A stretch of 64,000 nucleotides of DNA from Acidimicrobiia bacterium (lineage in GTDB: Bacteria; Actinomycetota; Acidimicrobiia; Spongiisociales; ZC4RG35), in NCBI GenBank assembly GCA_035762545.1, contig DASTOM010000005.1:5026-69025 (forward strand). Direction: 5' to 3'. The position numbers and the translations under genes were made by a program. This document shows, piece by piece, positions 36,474 through 46,655 of the stretch. Every line of letters starts with the position of its first letter. Positions within the stretch are counted from its first letter, which is position 1. Under the pieces are notes generated by a model. That model was given only the letters and a program-made list of their open reading frames with translations, ran no database searches and was not told where the DNA came from.

Positions 36474-37334
36474 CTCCTCGATGGTACTTACGAGTTGTTC
36501 CGCGCTCACTATGGGCGCAAGGACACGGTCCTGGCCCCGGATGGCAACGACATCCGGGCCACCCTCGGGATACTGGAGTCGACCCTCGCACTTCTCCGTG
36601 AGCCGGGCGTCACCCATCTCGCCGCGAGTTTCGACACCGTGATCGAGTCGTTCCGCAATGACATGTTCCTGGGCTACAAGTCGTCGGCGGGTATGGAGGA
36701 GGAGTTGCTGCGTCAGTTCCCGTTCGCCGAGGACGCACTGGAGGCCATCGGGGTCGTGGTGTGGCGCAACCTCGAGTTCGAAGCCGACGATGCGATGGCT
36801 GCCGCTGCCATCAAGTGGGTCGACGAGGTGGAGCAGGTCGTGATCTGCACGCCGGACAAGGACATGTGCCAGATCGTGGTCGGCGACCGCATCGTCACGT
36901 ACAACAGGCGGGAGCAGAGAATCGTCGACGAGGACGGTGTGGTCGAGAAATTCGGCGTCCACCCCGAGTCGATCCCCGACTACCTGGCCCTCGTCGGTGA
37001 CACCGCGGACGGCGTACCGGGGCTCCCCGGTTGGGGTGCCAAGTCGAGCTCCGCCGTTCTCGCCAAGTTCCCCCGTCTCGAGTTGATCCCGAAGAGCTCT
37101 GAAGACTGGGGGCTCGAGGTGCGTAGCGCCGCCAAGCTGGCGGCGACGCTCGCCCAGTATCAAGACGAGGTCTATCTCTATCGCGAGCTGACCACCCTGC
37201 GTCTCGACGTGCCAATCTCCGAGGAACTGAGCGACCTGGAGTGGCGGGGCGTCCCCGAAGAGCGATTCCGTGCCTTCTGCGCCACGATGGGCTTCGACGC
37301 CGACGCCATCAACGTCCACCGCTGGGCCGACTGA
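36462..37334 (+). CDS. 5'-3' exonuclease (Pol I N-terminal nuclease-like, stand-alone FEN/ExoIX type)
   Basis: 'LLDGTYELFRAHYG' N-terminus. H3TH region 'LVGDTADGVPGLPGWGAKSSSAVLAKF'. 290 aa. GTG start. Confidence 0.8.
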   Translation: MRLHLLDGTYELFRAHYGRKDTVLAPDGNDIRATLGILESTLALLREPGVTHLAASFDTVIESFRNDMFLGYKSSAGMEEELLRQFPFAEDALEAIGVVVWRNLEFEADDAMAAAAIKWVDEVEQVVICTPDKDMCQIVVGDRIVTYNRREQRIVDEDGVVEKFGVHPESIPDYLALVGDTADGVPGLPGWGAKSSSAVLAKFPRLELIPKSSEDWGLEVRSAAKLAATLAQYQDEVYLYRELTTLRLDVPISEELSDLEWRGVPEERFRAFCATMGFDADAINVHRWAD

Positions 37335-37361
37335 ACCCGCCCGCAGGATTCAGGGGAACCC

Positions 37362-37532
37362 TCAGTCCGGGTCTTCGTCCTCCCAGACCAGGTCGTGGCG
37401 GTGGTTGCAGTCGACGCAGATGTAGGCCAACGGGTATCCGGCGTCGAGGTCTTCGTCCTCTGGGAGAAAGCTGGCCAGGTGAGCGACACCCCCGCACTCG
37501 ACACATGTGATGGTGGTGGGAGGACTGCTCAA
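37362..37532 (-). CDS. Small zinc-ribbon protein (4-Cys, acidic C-terminus), not in supplied ORF track
   Basis: TTG at 37532 overlaps the nhaA stop (TTGA). Translation: 'LSSPPTTITCVECGGVAHLASFLPEDEDLDAGYPLAYICVDCNHRHDLVWEDEDPD*', i.e. CxxC...CxxC. High GC3. Confidence 0.35.
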   Translation of the reverse strand: MSSPPTTITCVECGGVAHLASFLPEDEDLDAGYPLAYICVDCNHRHDLVWEDEDPD

Positions 37533-38875
37533 AGCTCGCTCCGGGGTTTGGCCCGACTCAGGATGATCGAGCCGATGATGCCGGCGACAATAGAGCCGCT
37601 GAAGATGCCCACCTTCGCCAGGTTGGTGAACTCAGGCTCCTCGAAAGCCAGCCCGGCAACGAAGAGAGCCACCGTGAACCCGATGCCGGCGATTGCTGCC
37701 AGGCCGACGACATGGCCCCACGAGGTGCCGGGTGGGAGACGGCCCAGGCCGAGTCTGACGGCACCGAACGCGGCGGCCGATATGCCGACGATCTTGCCGA
37801 TAACCAGGCCACCGGCAACCCCGAGTGCGATGTTGGAAGTCAGCGCCGCACCGATGTCGACTCCCCGGAAGTCCACCCCGGCATTGGCGAGGGCAAACAG
37901 CGGCACGATCACGAAGCTCGACCATCGGACCAGCTTGTATTCCATTCGGGTGAGCGGAGACACCGACTCGCTGGCAATGTCGGACAGGAGGAGAGCTTCG
38001 TGATCGGCGTGCTCTTGGGCGTGTAGATCGGTGATGTCGTCGGGGTCGAACTGGTCGAGGATCGCCCGGGCACGTTCGTCGAACTCCCTCGGCCCGTAAT
38101 ACGGATAGGCGGGGGTCAGGAACCCGAGTGCGACGCCGGCGATCGTGGCGTGCACTCCCGACTCCAATGTGAAATACCAGATGAGGAAGGCAGCCGGCAC
38201 GTAGAACCACATCGCGCGGACGTGGATCTTCGATGCGATCCAGACCGCGATGAGACCCGCCACCGCCGCAGCGAGGTAGGCGGCGTTCAATTCCGATGTG
38301 TAGAAGATGGCTATTACCGCGATCGCCCCGATGTCGTCGGCGATGGCGACGGCGAGCAGGAACAGCTTGGCCCCGGCCGGAACTCGCGACCCGAGCAGGG
38401 CGACGATTCCGACTGCGAATGCGATGTCCGTCGCCATCGGTATCCCCCAGCCGTGCCCGGCTGCGGTGCCGGCGTTGAAGACGAGGTAGATCAGTGCTGG
38501 TACGACCATTCCCCCGAGCGCCGCAAGCACCGGAAGGGCGGCGGCCTTCGGATCGCGCAGATCCCCGAGCACCAACTCACGTTTGATCTCGAGTCCGACG
38601 ACGAAGAAGAACACGGCCATCAGCCCGTCGTTGATCAGGTGAAGAACCGACTCGTCGAACTGAAAGCTCCCGAACTCGATAGTCAGGTGCTGTTCGAGCA
38701 GCGAGAAGTAGCTATCGGCCCAGCCGCTGTTGGCCCAGACCATCGCCACGATCGCCGCGATCAGGAGGACGATTCCCGATGAGGCCTCGATCTGGCTGAA
38801 ACGAACGAACGGGCTGATGAAAGTCTTGGGGACGAACCTCTCCGAGGACACCCACGTCCGATGTCTTGAGTCCAT
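37529..38875 (-). CDS. nhaA: Na+/H+ antiporter NhaA (with C-terminal extension)
   Basis: 'IPMATDIAFAVGIVALLGSRVP' and 'LAVAIADDIGAIAVIAIFY' are NhaA signatures. 448 aa. Confidence 0.9.
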   Translation of the reverse strand: MDSRHRTWVSSERFVPKTFISPFVRFSQIEASSGIVLLIAAIVAMVWANSGWADSYFSLLEQHLTIEFGSFQFDESVLHLINDGLMAVFFFVVGLEIKRELVLGDLRDPKAAALPVLAALGGMVVPALIYLVFNAGTAAGHGWGIPMATDIAFAVGIVALLGSRVPAGAKLFLLAVAIADDIGAIAVIAIFYTSELNAAYLAAAVAGLIAVWIASKIHVRAMWFYVPAAFLIWYFTLESGVHATIAGVALGFLTPAYPYYGPREFDERARAILDQFDPDDITDLHAQEHADHEALLLSDIASESVSPLTRMEYKLVRWSSFVIVPLFALANAGVDFRGVDIGAALTSNIALGVAGGLVIGKIVGISAAAFGAVRLGLGRLPPGTSWGHVVGLAAIAGIGFTVALFVAGLAFEEPEFTNLAKVGIFSGSIVAGIIGSIILSRAKPRSEL

Positions 38876-38878
38876 GAG

Positions 38879-39907
<1,029 letters not shown>

Positions 39908-39949
39908 GCGAGCTCCCTGTGCTTGCTTGTCGTGAAGGTAGTCGCTCCC

Positions 39950-39974
39950 GTTTGCCGACTCGCCGTCGGCAAAC
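39950..39974. promoter_or_regulatory. Perfect 10-bp inverted repeat (GTTTGCCGAC-N5-GTCGGCAAAC) in the fbaA / DUF454 divergent intergenic region
   Basis: Direct sequence inspection. No flanking T-tract, so a protein operator is more likely than a terminator. Confidence 0.3.
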
Positions 39975-39997
39975 CCGGCCGATACCTTCGCATCGTG

Positions 39998-40414
39998 ATG
40001 GCTCCCCCCGTCGAATCGGCCGCGCCTCGCAAGGCGAGGAGCCCGATTGTCCGAGGTCTCCTCTTCGTGCTCGGCCTGTTGTGCCTGGCCCTCGTCCCCC
40101 TGAGCTACCTACCGGGGATCCCCACGTTCGACCTGGTGCTGCTTGCCGCTTTCTTCTTCTCGATGTCGTCCGACCGGATGTACGGGTGGATGGTCAACCA
40201 CAAGTACTTCGGGAAGATCATCCGCGGATACCGCGACTACGGCCTCACCATGCGAATGAAGTGGATAGCGGCGACTGCAATCACGCTGTCGCTCCTGGTC
40301 TCCGGACTGTTCCTCACAGACCTGTGGTGGGTCCGGGCCATCCTCCTCGCAGTGGGTGTCTACGCCCTCTGGTTCGTGTTCAGCCGCCCCACCCGGGATC
40401 CGGCCACCACCTAG
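39998..40414 (+). CDS. DUF454 (YbaN-like) small inner-membrane protein
   Basis: 'GLLFVLGLLCLALVPL...GIPTFDLVLLAAFFFSMSS...RMKW' matches DUF454. Internal ATG chosen; the ORF extends to 39923. Confidence 0.6.
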   Translation: MAPPVESAAPRKARSPIVRGLLFVLGLLCLALVPLSYLPGIPTFDLVLLAAFFFSMSSDRMYGWMVNHKYFGKIIRGYRDYGLTMRMKWIAATAITLSLLVSGLFLTDLWWVRAILLAVGVYALWFVFSRPTRDPATT

Positions 40415-40421
40415 CCAACAA

Positions 40422-40500
40422 CCCGAACCCGGGGTTGCTCATCCCGTATATGGGCCATATCCGCTCAACTAGGGCTGTCTCCCTGTGACGGGTACCGTCC
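40422..40500. repeat. Palindromic intergenic repeat element, copy C (left arm intact, right arm degenerate)
   Basis: 'CGAACCCGGGGTTGCTCATCCCGTATATGGGCCATATCCGCTCAACTAGG'. Same core as copies A and B. Confidence 0.55.
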
Positions 40501-40504
40501 TCTG

Positions 40505-41686
40505 ATGCGGTCGTTCACCAGAGTCGGGCTTGGCGTCGTCACGTCCTCGACAATGGCCATCTCGACGTTCGCCATCATCGCGGCCGGGGTCCTCGCCGCC
40601 GATCTCATCGACGAGTTCGACATCAGCCGAGCCCAGGTGGGCCTGCTGGTCACGGCCAACGGAGTCATCGGAGCTCTCATGTCACCGGTGTTCGGGCGCG
40701 TCACCGACCGGTTGGGAGCCGTCCGGTCCGTAGTCGGTGCATTGGTGGTGGGATCGTTCACGCTCGTCGCATGGGCGGTGAGCCCGACCTATCAGATCCT
40801 GTTCATTGCCGCTCTGATCACCGGAGTGTCCAACGCCTGGGGGAACCCGTCGACAAACGCCCTGATCGTGGACAACGTGCCGCCCGGCCAACGCGGCGTC
40901 GTGACCGGGATCAAGCAGTCGGGGGTGCAGATCGGGACTTTCCTCGGTGGACTCCTGCTGCCGGTCTTCGCAGCTTGGTGGGGGTGGCGGGTCGCGCTGG
41001 CTTGCTTCCTGTTCATACCGATCACCGGTCTCATCGGGATGATCGGCCGTAGGGACCACAGCCACGCCGTGGCCAGACGCGAGAATCGTGTCCGCGGACA
41101 GCTCCCGAGATCGGTCCGGTGGATCGCCCTCTACGGCTTCGTGTCCGGGGCTGCGACCTCATCGATGATCGCGTTCCTTCCCCTGTTCGCCAACGAGACC
41201 CTGGAGTGGTCGATGGCGGCTGGGGGGAGTCTGATCGCCCTCACCGGTCTGGCCGGGATCGGCGCACGTGTCATGTGGCCACGTCTGTCCGAGAGGTCGC
41301 TCGGCCACGGGCGAACACTACGAATCCTGGCAACCATCACCACCGTCGGCGCCGTCATTCTAGGTCTGATCAGCCTCGGCGTCTTGGGCAGCTGGGCTGT
41401 CATCATCGCCACGCTCCTCATCGGGGGAGGAGCCATCGCATGGAACGCCGTCGGAATGCTCGCCGTGATGGACTTCTCGCCGATAGGTCTCGTGGGCAAG
41501 GGCACGGGCCTCGTCCTGTTCGGTTTCCTGTCCGGGCTGGCGATCGGGCCCCCGCTCATGGGCCTCTCGGTGGACCAGTTGGGCACCTACACACCCGGCT
41601 GGTTCGGGACTGCCGGGCTCCTTATGATCTCCGCTGCCATCTCGTTCCGGGTTCCACAAGGAAGTACCGTCACTCTCCCGGCATGA
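40505..41686 (+). CDS. MFS transporter
   Basis: 12 TM helices. MFS motif '[13 protein letters not shown]' between TM2 and TM3. 393 aa. Confidence 0.8.
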   Translation: MRSFTRVGLGVVTSSTMAISTFAIIAAGVLAADLIDEFDISRAQVGLLVTANGVIGALMSPVFGRVTDRLGAVRSVVGALVVGSFTLVAWAVSPTYQILFIAALITGVSNAWGNPSTNALIVDNVPPGQRGVVTGIKQSGVQIGTFLGGLLLPVFAAWWGWRVALACFLFIPITGLIGMIGRRDHSHAVARRENRVRGQLPRSVRWIALYGFVSGAATSSMIAFLPLFANETLEWSMAAGGSLIALTGLAGIGARVMWPRLSERSLGHGRTLRILATITTVGAVILGLISLGVLGSWAVIIATLLIGGGAIAWNAVGMLAVMDFSPIGLVGKGTGLVLFGFLSGLAIGPPLMGLSVDQLGTYTPGWFGTAGLLMISAAISFRVPQGSTVTLPA

Positions 41687-42357
41687 GATTGGTGATTGCC
41701 CGCTGCACCGTCGAATACACCGGCCGCCTGAGCGCACATCTCCCCGAGGCGACCCGGCTGATCATGATCAAGGCCGACGGCACCCTGGCTGTCCACTCCG
41801 ACGGGAATGCCTCCAAGCCGCTCAACTGGATGATCGCTCCCAACATCATCGAGATCCACGACGATCGCTGGGAGGTGTCGAACGGCAAGGGCGAGAGGCT
41901 CCAGATCTGGATCTCTGAGATCATCGAAGACGTCACCCATGAGTTGGGGGACGACCCCGGTCTGGTGAAGGACGGTGTCGAGGCCCACCTCCAGGAACTG
42001 TTGGCGGCTGCACCCGGGACGCTCGAGGAGGGTCTGACCCTCATTCGCCGCGAGTACCCCACGGACATCGGTCCGGTCGATCTCCTGTGCGCCGACATCA
42101 ACGGGGCGACGGTTGCCGTCGAGATCAAGAGGAGAGGCGAGATCGACGGCGTCGAGCAACTCGCCAGATATCTGGAGCGCCTCGGCAACGACCCCCGGAT
42201 CGCCCCGGTCCGCGGCATCCTCGCCGCACAGTCGATCACACCACAGGCGCAGGTGATGGCCCGGGCCAGAGGTATCGAGGCGATCGAGGTGGACTACGAA
42301 GGTCTACGTGAGGCCGAGGACACCGAGATGCGTCTCTTCGACCCAGGAGCTCACTGA
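41683..42357 (+). CDS. nucS: Endonuclease NucS (EndoMS mismatch-specific endonuclease)
   Basis: '[40 protein letters not shown]' plus the C-terminal RecB-like nuclease '[22 protein letters not shown]'. ATGA overlap with the MFS gene. Confidence 0.9.
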   Translation: MRLVIARCTVEYTGRLSAHLPEATRLIMIKADGTLAVHSDGNASKPLNWMIAPNIIEIHDDRWEVSNGKGERLQIWISEIIEDVTHELGDDPGLVKDGVEAHLQELLAAAPGTLEEGLTLIRREYPTDIGPVDLLCADINGATVAVEIKRRGEIDGVEQLARYLERLGNDPRIAPVRGILAAQSITPQAQVMARARGIEAIEVDYEGLREAEDTEMRLFDPGAH

Positions 42358-42824
42358 TGATGTTCGACATCGTCTTTCACGCTCCGGAGATCCCACCCAA
42401 CACCGGCAACGCCATGCGGTTGGCGGCGGTGACCGGCTGCCGACTGCATCTCGTCGAGCCCCTCGGGTTCGACATGGAGGACGCCAAGCTGCGACGGGCC
42501 GGGATGGATTACCGGGACAAGGCGACCGTCACCGTTCATCCCGACGTGGAGACGTGGCTGGCGGACACCTCGCCGGCGAGGGTGCTCGCGTTCACCGTCG
42601 ACGGTGACGCTCTCTACACGGAGAACGAATACCGCGAGGGCGACGCCCTCCTATTCGGTCGGGAGTCGGTAGGCCTCCCCGAGGAGGTCAAGCACGCGTC
42701 GTGGGTGACTCGCAGGCTTCGGCTCCCAATGGTGCCTGGCGTCCGCTCGATCAACCTCTCCAACAGCGCCGCCATCGTGGTCTACGAGGCCTGGCGACAG
42801 CTCGGGTTCCCGGGGTCGGCCTAG
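42357..42824 (+). CDS. trmL: tRNA (cytidine/uridine-2'-O)-methyltransferase TrmL (SpoU/TrmH family)
   Basis: '[32 protein letters not shown]' ... '[11 protein letters not shown]' ... '[15 protein letters not shown]'. 155 aa. Confidence 0.85.
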   Translation: MMFDIVFHAPEIPPNTGNAMRLAAVTGCRLHLVEPLGFDMEDAKLRRAGMDYRDKATVTVHPDVETWLADTSPARVLAFTVDGDALYTENEYREGDALLFGRESVGLPEEVKHASWVTRRLRLPMVPGVRSINLSNSAAIVVYEAWRQLGFPGSA

Positions 42825-42938
42825 ACGGATCATCATCTGCGCTGCACCCATCGCCCGCGACGACGTCGACTGCAGCGCAATCGACCAGTGGCTTTGGCGA
42901 GACCAATCGGCCGACCGGACACGACCGCCGGCCGAGTG

Positions 42939-44273
42939 CTACCCGGCCAGGAGCCGGAACGCGATCGCTTCGGCGAGAGTGGCCCGCTCCAGCTGTTCGA
43001 TCCCGACGTTCTCGTTGGGAGCGTGATAGGCGCTGGTCGGGTCGCTGACACCGGTGACCAGGATCGGTGCACCCGGATAGAGCTCTTTGAAGCTGGCGAT
43101 GAAGGGGATCGATCCCCCTGCCCCCATCTCGACCATCTCGTTGTCGAACGCTTCCGAGAACGCCTCCCGCCAGGCATTGACGGCGTCGTTGTCGGTCTCG
43201 AGGACGGTGGCATCGCCATGCTCCTCATAAAGAAACGTGAGCTGGGCGCCCCACGGCACATTCGCCTGGAGATGGTCTTTGAGTGCCTCGAGAGCCTTGT
43301 CGGTGTCCTGGCCGGGTGGGATTCGCATGCTCACCTTGGCTCGGGCCACGGGGACGAGCTGGTTGATCGCCTCGGCGACCGGAGGGGCGTCGATGGCGAG
43401 GATCGAGACGGACGGCTTGGACCACAGTCGCGATGGGATCGAGCCGGACCCGATCAGCTCGAGACCATCGATGGCCCCGGTCTCCTGACGGGCCATCTCC
43501 TCGGGGACGTCTATCCCGGAGAACTCCTCGGCGACCAGGCCGGGTATCGCGACGTTGCCCTCGTCGTCGTGAAGGCTTGCCAGAAGCCGGGACAGGGTCA
43601 TGAGCGCATCGGGGACGACGCCGCCGGCCTGGCCCGAATGGACTGCTGAGTGCAACGTCCGCAGCTCCAGCTTGACGGCCACGATGCCCCGGAGACTGGA
43701 GATGATCGCCGGGGTGTCCGGCTGCCAGAGACCCCCGTCCCCGATCACGATGACGTCCGGGTTGATCAGGTCCGAGTACTTCTCGAGGATCTCGGGCAGC
43801 CCGATCGAACCGGCCTCCTCCTCGCCTTCGAAGAACAGCTGCACATTCACGGGCAGAGAGTCACCATGGGCTGCGATCGCACCGAGATGCATGACGATTC
43901 CTGCCTTGTCGTCGGCCGAGCCCCGTCCGTAGATCCGACCGTCTCTCTCCACGGGCTCGAAAGGGCCGGTGTCCCATTCGCTGAGGGGACCGGTCGGCTG
44001 CACGTCGTAGTGGGCGTAGAGAAGCACTGTCGGCGCACCCTCGGCCCCGGCGAGCTCGGCGAAGACCGCAGGGTGGCCCGAAGTGGATTCGAGGAGTTGG
44101 GCATTGGCAAAACCGAGTTGGTCGAGATGGGACACGAGGGCCTCTCCCGACGACCGGACCGCTGCGGCGTCGTGACCGTCGGCGCTGACCGACTCGAGCC
44201 GGACGAGTGAGAAGAGCAGTTCCTTGAGACGGGCCATGTCGGCTGCGACGGCAGCTCTGAGGTCATCGTGCAT
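42939..44273 (-). CDS. M20/M25/M40-family dipeptidase (ArgE/DapE/Sapep-like)
   Basis: 'LLYAHYDVQP', 'GRGSADDKAGI' and 'FFEGEEEAGS' metal-binding motifs. 444 aa. Confidence 0.8.
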   Translation of the reverse strand: MHDDLRAAVAADMARLKELLFSLVRLESVSADGHDAAAVRSSGEALVSHLDQLGFANAQLLESTSGHPAVFAELAGAEGAPTVLLYAHYDVQPTGPLSEWDTGPFEPVERDGRIYGRGSADDKAGIVMHLGAIAAHGDSLPVNVQLFFEGEEEAGSIGLPEILEKYSDLINPDVIVIGDGGLWQPDTPAIISSLRGIVAVKLELRTLHSAVHSGQAGGVVPDALMTLSRLLASLHDDEGNVAIPGLVAEEFSGIDVPEEMARQETGAIDGLELIGSGSIPSRLWSKPSVSILAIDAPPVAEAINQLVPVARAKVSMRIPPGQDTDKALEALKDHLQANVPWGAQLTFLYEEHGDATVLETDNDAVNAWREAFSEAFDNEMVEMGAGGSIPFIASFKELYPGAPILVTGVSDPTSAYHAPNENVGIEQLERATLAEAIAFRLLAG

Positions 44274-44302
44274 GCGTGGCAGGGTACCGGTGCCAAGATG
44301 TG

Positions 44303-45061
44303 ATGATGCTCCGATTCCGCCTCCTCGGCATGCCTGTGACTGTTCGCTCGTCGTTCGTGATAGTTGCGGCGTTGATCGGGTTCCTCGGAGTCGGCTCGAT
44401 CGAGCAAACGATCGCCTGGATCGTGATCGTCTTCGTGTCGATCCTGATCCACGAGCTCGGTCACGCCTTCACGGCGCGGAGATACGGGTCGAACGTGGCG
44501 ATCGAGTTGAACGGGCTCGGGGGCCTGACGCGATGGGCCGTGGCAGAAGACGAGCTGACTCCGGGTCGTCGCGCCCTGATCGCAGCAGCCGGATCGGCGG
44601 TGGGCCTCACGTTCGGGGGTCTGGTGTGGCTGGTGGCCAGCCGGTTCGGACCCTACGAGCCCCTCGCTGCCTTCATCCTCGAGAACACGATCTATGTCAA
44701 CGTGTTCTGGGGTCTGCTCAACTGGCTACCGATTCGCCCACTCGATGGCGGCCACCTCCTCGAGTCCCTGCTGGAGAAGATCGCTCCAGCCCGTGCCGAC
44801 AGCATCGCCCGTGTCGTGTTCATCGTCACCGCTGCCGGAGCTCTCGCCCTCGCCATCCGGTTCCGATTGATCTTCATAGCGGTCCTCGCCGGTTGGCTCC
44901 TCCTGTCCGAGTTCACTGCCGGACGCACCCCGCAACAGACCACCGGCCAATCGACGGGGTTGCCCACCCTCTCTTACGACGATCCGCCGGTGCCCGAGAA
45001 GCGCGCCGACGAGCCGGATCGGCCCGAACCCGAAGAAACACCGGACGCGCCTTCGCACTAG
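44303..45061 (+). CDS. Site-2 protease-family (M50) zinc metalloprotease
   Basis: 'HELGHA' in TM helix plus the LDG-like 'PIRPLDGGH'. Start taken at the internal Met. Confidence 0.7.
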   Translation: MMLRFRLLGMPVTVRSSFVIVAALIGFLGVGSIEQTIAWIVIVFVSILIHELGHAFTARRYGSNVAIELNGLGGLTRWAVAEDELTPGRRALIAAAGSAVGLTFGGLVWLVASRFGPYEPLAAFILENTIYVNVFWGLLNWLPIRPLDGGHLLESLLEKIAPARADSIARVVFIVTAAGALALAIRFRLIFIAVLAGWLLLSEFTAGRTPQQTTGQSTGLPTLSYDDPPVPEKRADEPDRPEPEETPDAPSH

Positions 45062-45070
45062 CGTCCGATC

Positions 45071-46306
45071 ATGGACTTCGCTTACAGCCCGAAGGTGGAG
45101 GACTACCGGTCCCGTCTCCTCGACTTCATGGACTCCCACGTGTACCCGGCCGAGGAGACCTATCGGGCCCAGATGGAGGCGTCGGGTGACCCCCATCACC
45201 ATCCCGACATCATCGAGGACCTCAAGAAGGAGGCGCGCGGCCGCGGGCTGTGGAATCTCTTCCTCCCCGACGAAGAGGACGGGGCTGGTCTCTCGGTTCT
45301 CGAGTACGCCCCTCTCGCCGAGATCACCGGACGCAGCGTGCACATCGCCCCGGAGGCGCTCAACTGCTCTGCACCCGACACCGGCAACATGGAGATTCTC
45401 CACATGTTCGGCTCCCCCGAGCAGAAAGAGGTGTGGCTCCATCCGCTGCTCGAAGGGGAGATCCGCTCCTGTTTCTCCATGACCGAGCCTGACGTCGCCA
45501 GTTCCGACGCCACCAACATTCGGACCCGCATCGAACGGGACGGGGACGACTACGTGGTCACGGGGAGAAAGTGGTTCAGCTCAGGCGCAGCTTCGTCCCG
45601 CTGCACGTTCTCGATCGTCATGGGTGTCACCAATCCGGACGCCGAACGGCACCGGATGCAGTCGATGATCATCGTCCCACTCGACAGTCCGGGGGTTGAC
45701 ATCGAGAGAGAGCCCACCGTGTTCGGATATCAGGATCGAGGGGGTCACCCACAGGTCCACTTCGACGGTGTGCGGGTCCCGGCAGCGAATCTGCTGGGGG
45801 AGGAGGGAGGTGGCTTTGCCATCGCCCAGGCCAGACTCGGTCCCGGTCGGATTCACCACTGCATGCGAGCGATCGGTGCAGCAGAACGCTGCCTCGACCT
45901 GATGATCCAACGCTCCCAGGCGCGCATCGCGTTCGGGAGACCCCTTTCCGACCAGGGTGTGGTCGGGGAGTGGATCGCCGACGCTCGAATCCAGATCGAG
46001 CAGGTGCGGTTGCTGGTCCTCAAGACGGCCTGGCTGATCGACAACGTCGGCACCAAGGGGGCACGCACGGAGATCGCTGCGATCAAGGTCGCCGCACCCA
46101 ACCTTCTCACCGCGATCGCCGACAACGCCATGCAATTGTTCGGCGCCGCGGGTTTCACCGAGGACTGGCCCATCGCCCAGCTCTACTCGATGGGTCGTTG
46201 GCTCCGGATCGCCGATGGTCCCGACGAGGTGCACCGGCGCTCGGTGGCTCGCGCCGAGCTGGGACGGCTCGGCCCCGGTGCCGTTCCAGAGAATTATCCC
46301 GGGTAG
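45071..46306 (+). CDS. Acyl-CoA dehydrogenase
   Basis: ACAD three-domain architecture. 'CFSMTEPDVASSDATNIRTR' ... 'GGFAIAQARLGPGRIHH'. 411 aa. Confidence 0.85.
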   Translation: MDFAYSPKVEDYRSRLLDFMDSHVYPAEETYRAQMEASGDPHHHPDIIEDLKKEARGRGLWNLFLPDEEDGAGLSVLEYAPLAEITGRSVHIAPEALNCSAPDTGNMEILHMFGSPEQKEVWLHPLLEGEIRSCFSMTEPDVASSDATNIRTRIERDGDDYVVTGRKWFSSGAASSRCTFSIVMGVTNPDAERHRMQSMIIVPLDSPGVDIEREPTVFGYQDRGGHPQVHFDGVRVPAANLLGEEGGGFAIAQARLGPGRIHHCMRAIGAAERCLDLMIQRSQARIAFGRPLSDQGVVGEWIADARIQIEQVRLLVLKTAWLIDNVGTKGARTEIAAIKVAAPNLLTAIADNAMQLFGAAGFTEDWPIAQLYSMGRWLRIADGPDEVHRRSVARAELGRLGPGAVPENYPG

Positions 46307-46315
46307 GTTGTTTCC

Positions 46316-46330
46316 ACTTACGTCGTAAGT
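46316..46330. promoter_or_regulatory. 15-bp perfect palindrome ACTTACG-T-CGTAAGT upstream of whiB
   Basis: Lies about 50 bp upstream of the whiB start codon. A second short IR (CACGT...ACGTG) follows at 46346-46368. Confidence 0.3.
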
Positions 46331-46379
46331 CCCCGGGAACGAATCACGTTGATCCTGCGTTTACGTGTGCCAGGAGATT

Positions 46380-46655
46380 ATGGGGCGACCAGTGATTGAT
46401 CTGACAGTTACACCGTGGAGGGAAGCTGCCGCCTGCCTGGAAGTGCAAGGCGAAGTCAGCTTCTTTCCCGACAAAGAAGACCTGGGAGGAATCGTCAAGG
46501 CCAAGGCGGTCTGCGCCACCTGCCCGGTGGCAGACGTCTGCCTGAGCTGGGCGATCGTCACCAACCAGACAGAAGGCATCTGGGGCGGTCACACCGCCAA
46601 GGAGCGACGCAAGCTGCGTCGCCACTGGCTCGAAGAGACCAAGAAGGCCTCTTAG
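46380..46655 (+). CDS. WhiB-family (Wbl) [4Fe-4S] transcriptional regulator
   Basis: Four Cys ('C...C...CATCPV...C'), the 'GIWGG' turn and a basic C-terminus. RBS CAGGAG before ATG 46380. Confidence 0.8.
   Translation: MGRPVIDLTVTPWREAAACLEVQGEVSFFPDKEDLGGIVKAKAVCATCPVADVCLSWAIVTNQTEGIWGGHTAKERRKLRRHWLEETKKAS

Noticed and set aside
42825-42938. Terminator hairpin between convergent trmL and the M20 dipeptidase
   Set aside because: Only a weak 7-bp stem (TCGGCCG...CGGCCGA) with a 15-nt loop and no U-tract. Not convincing.
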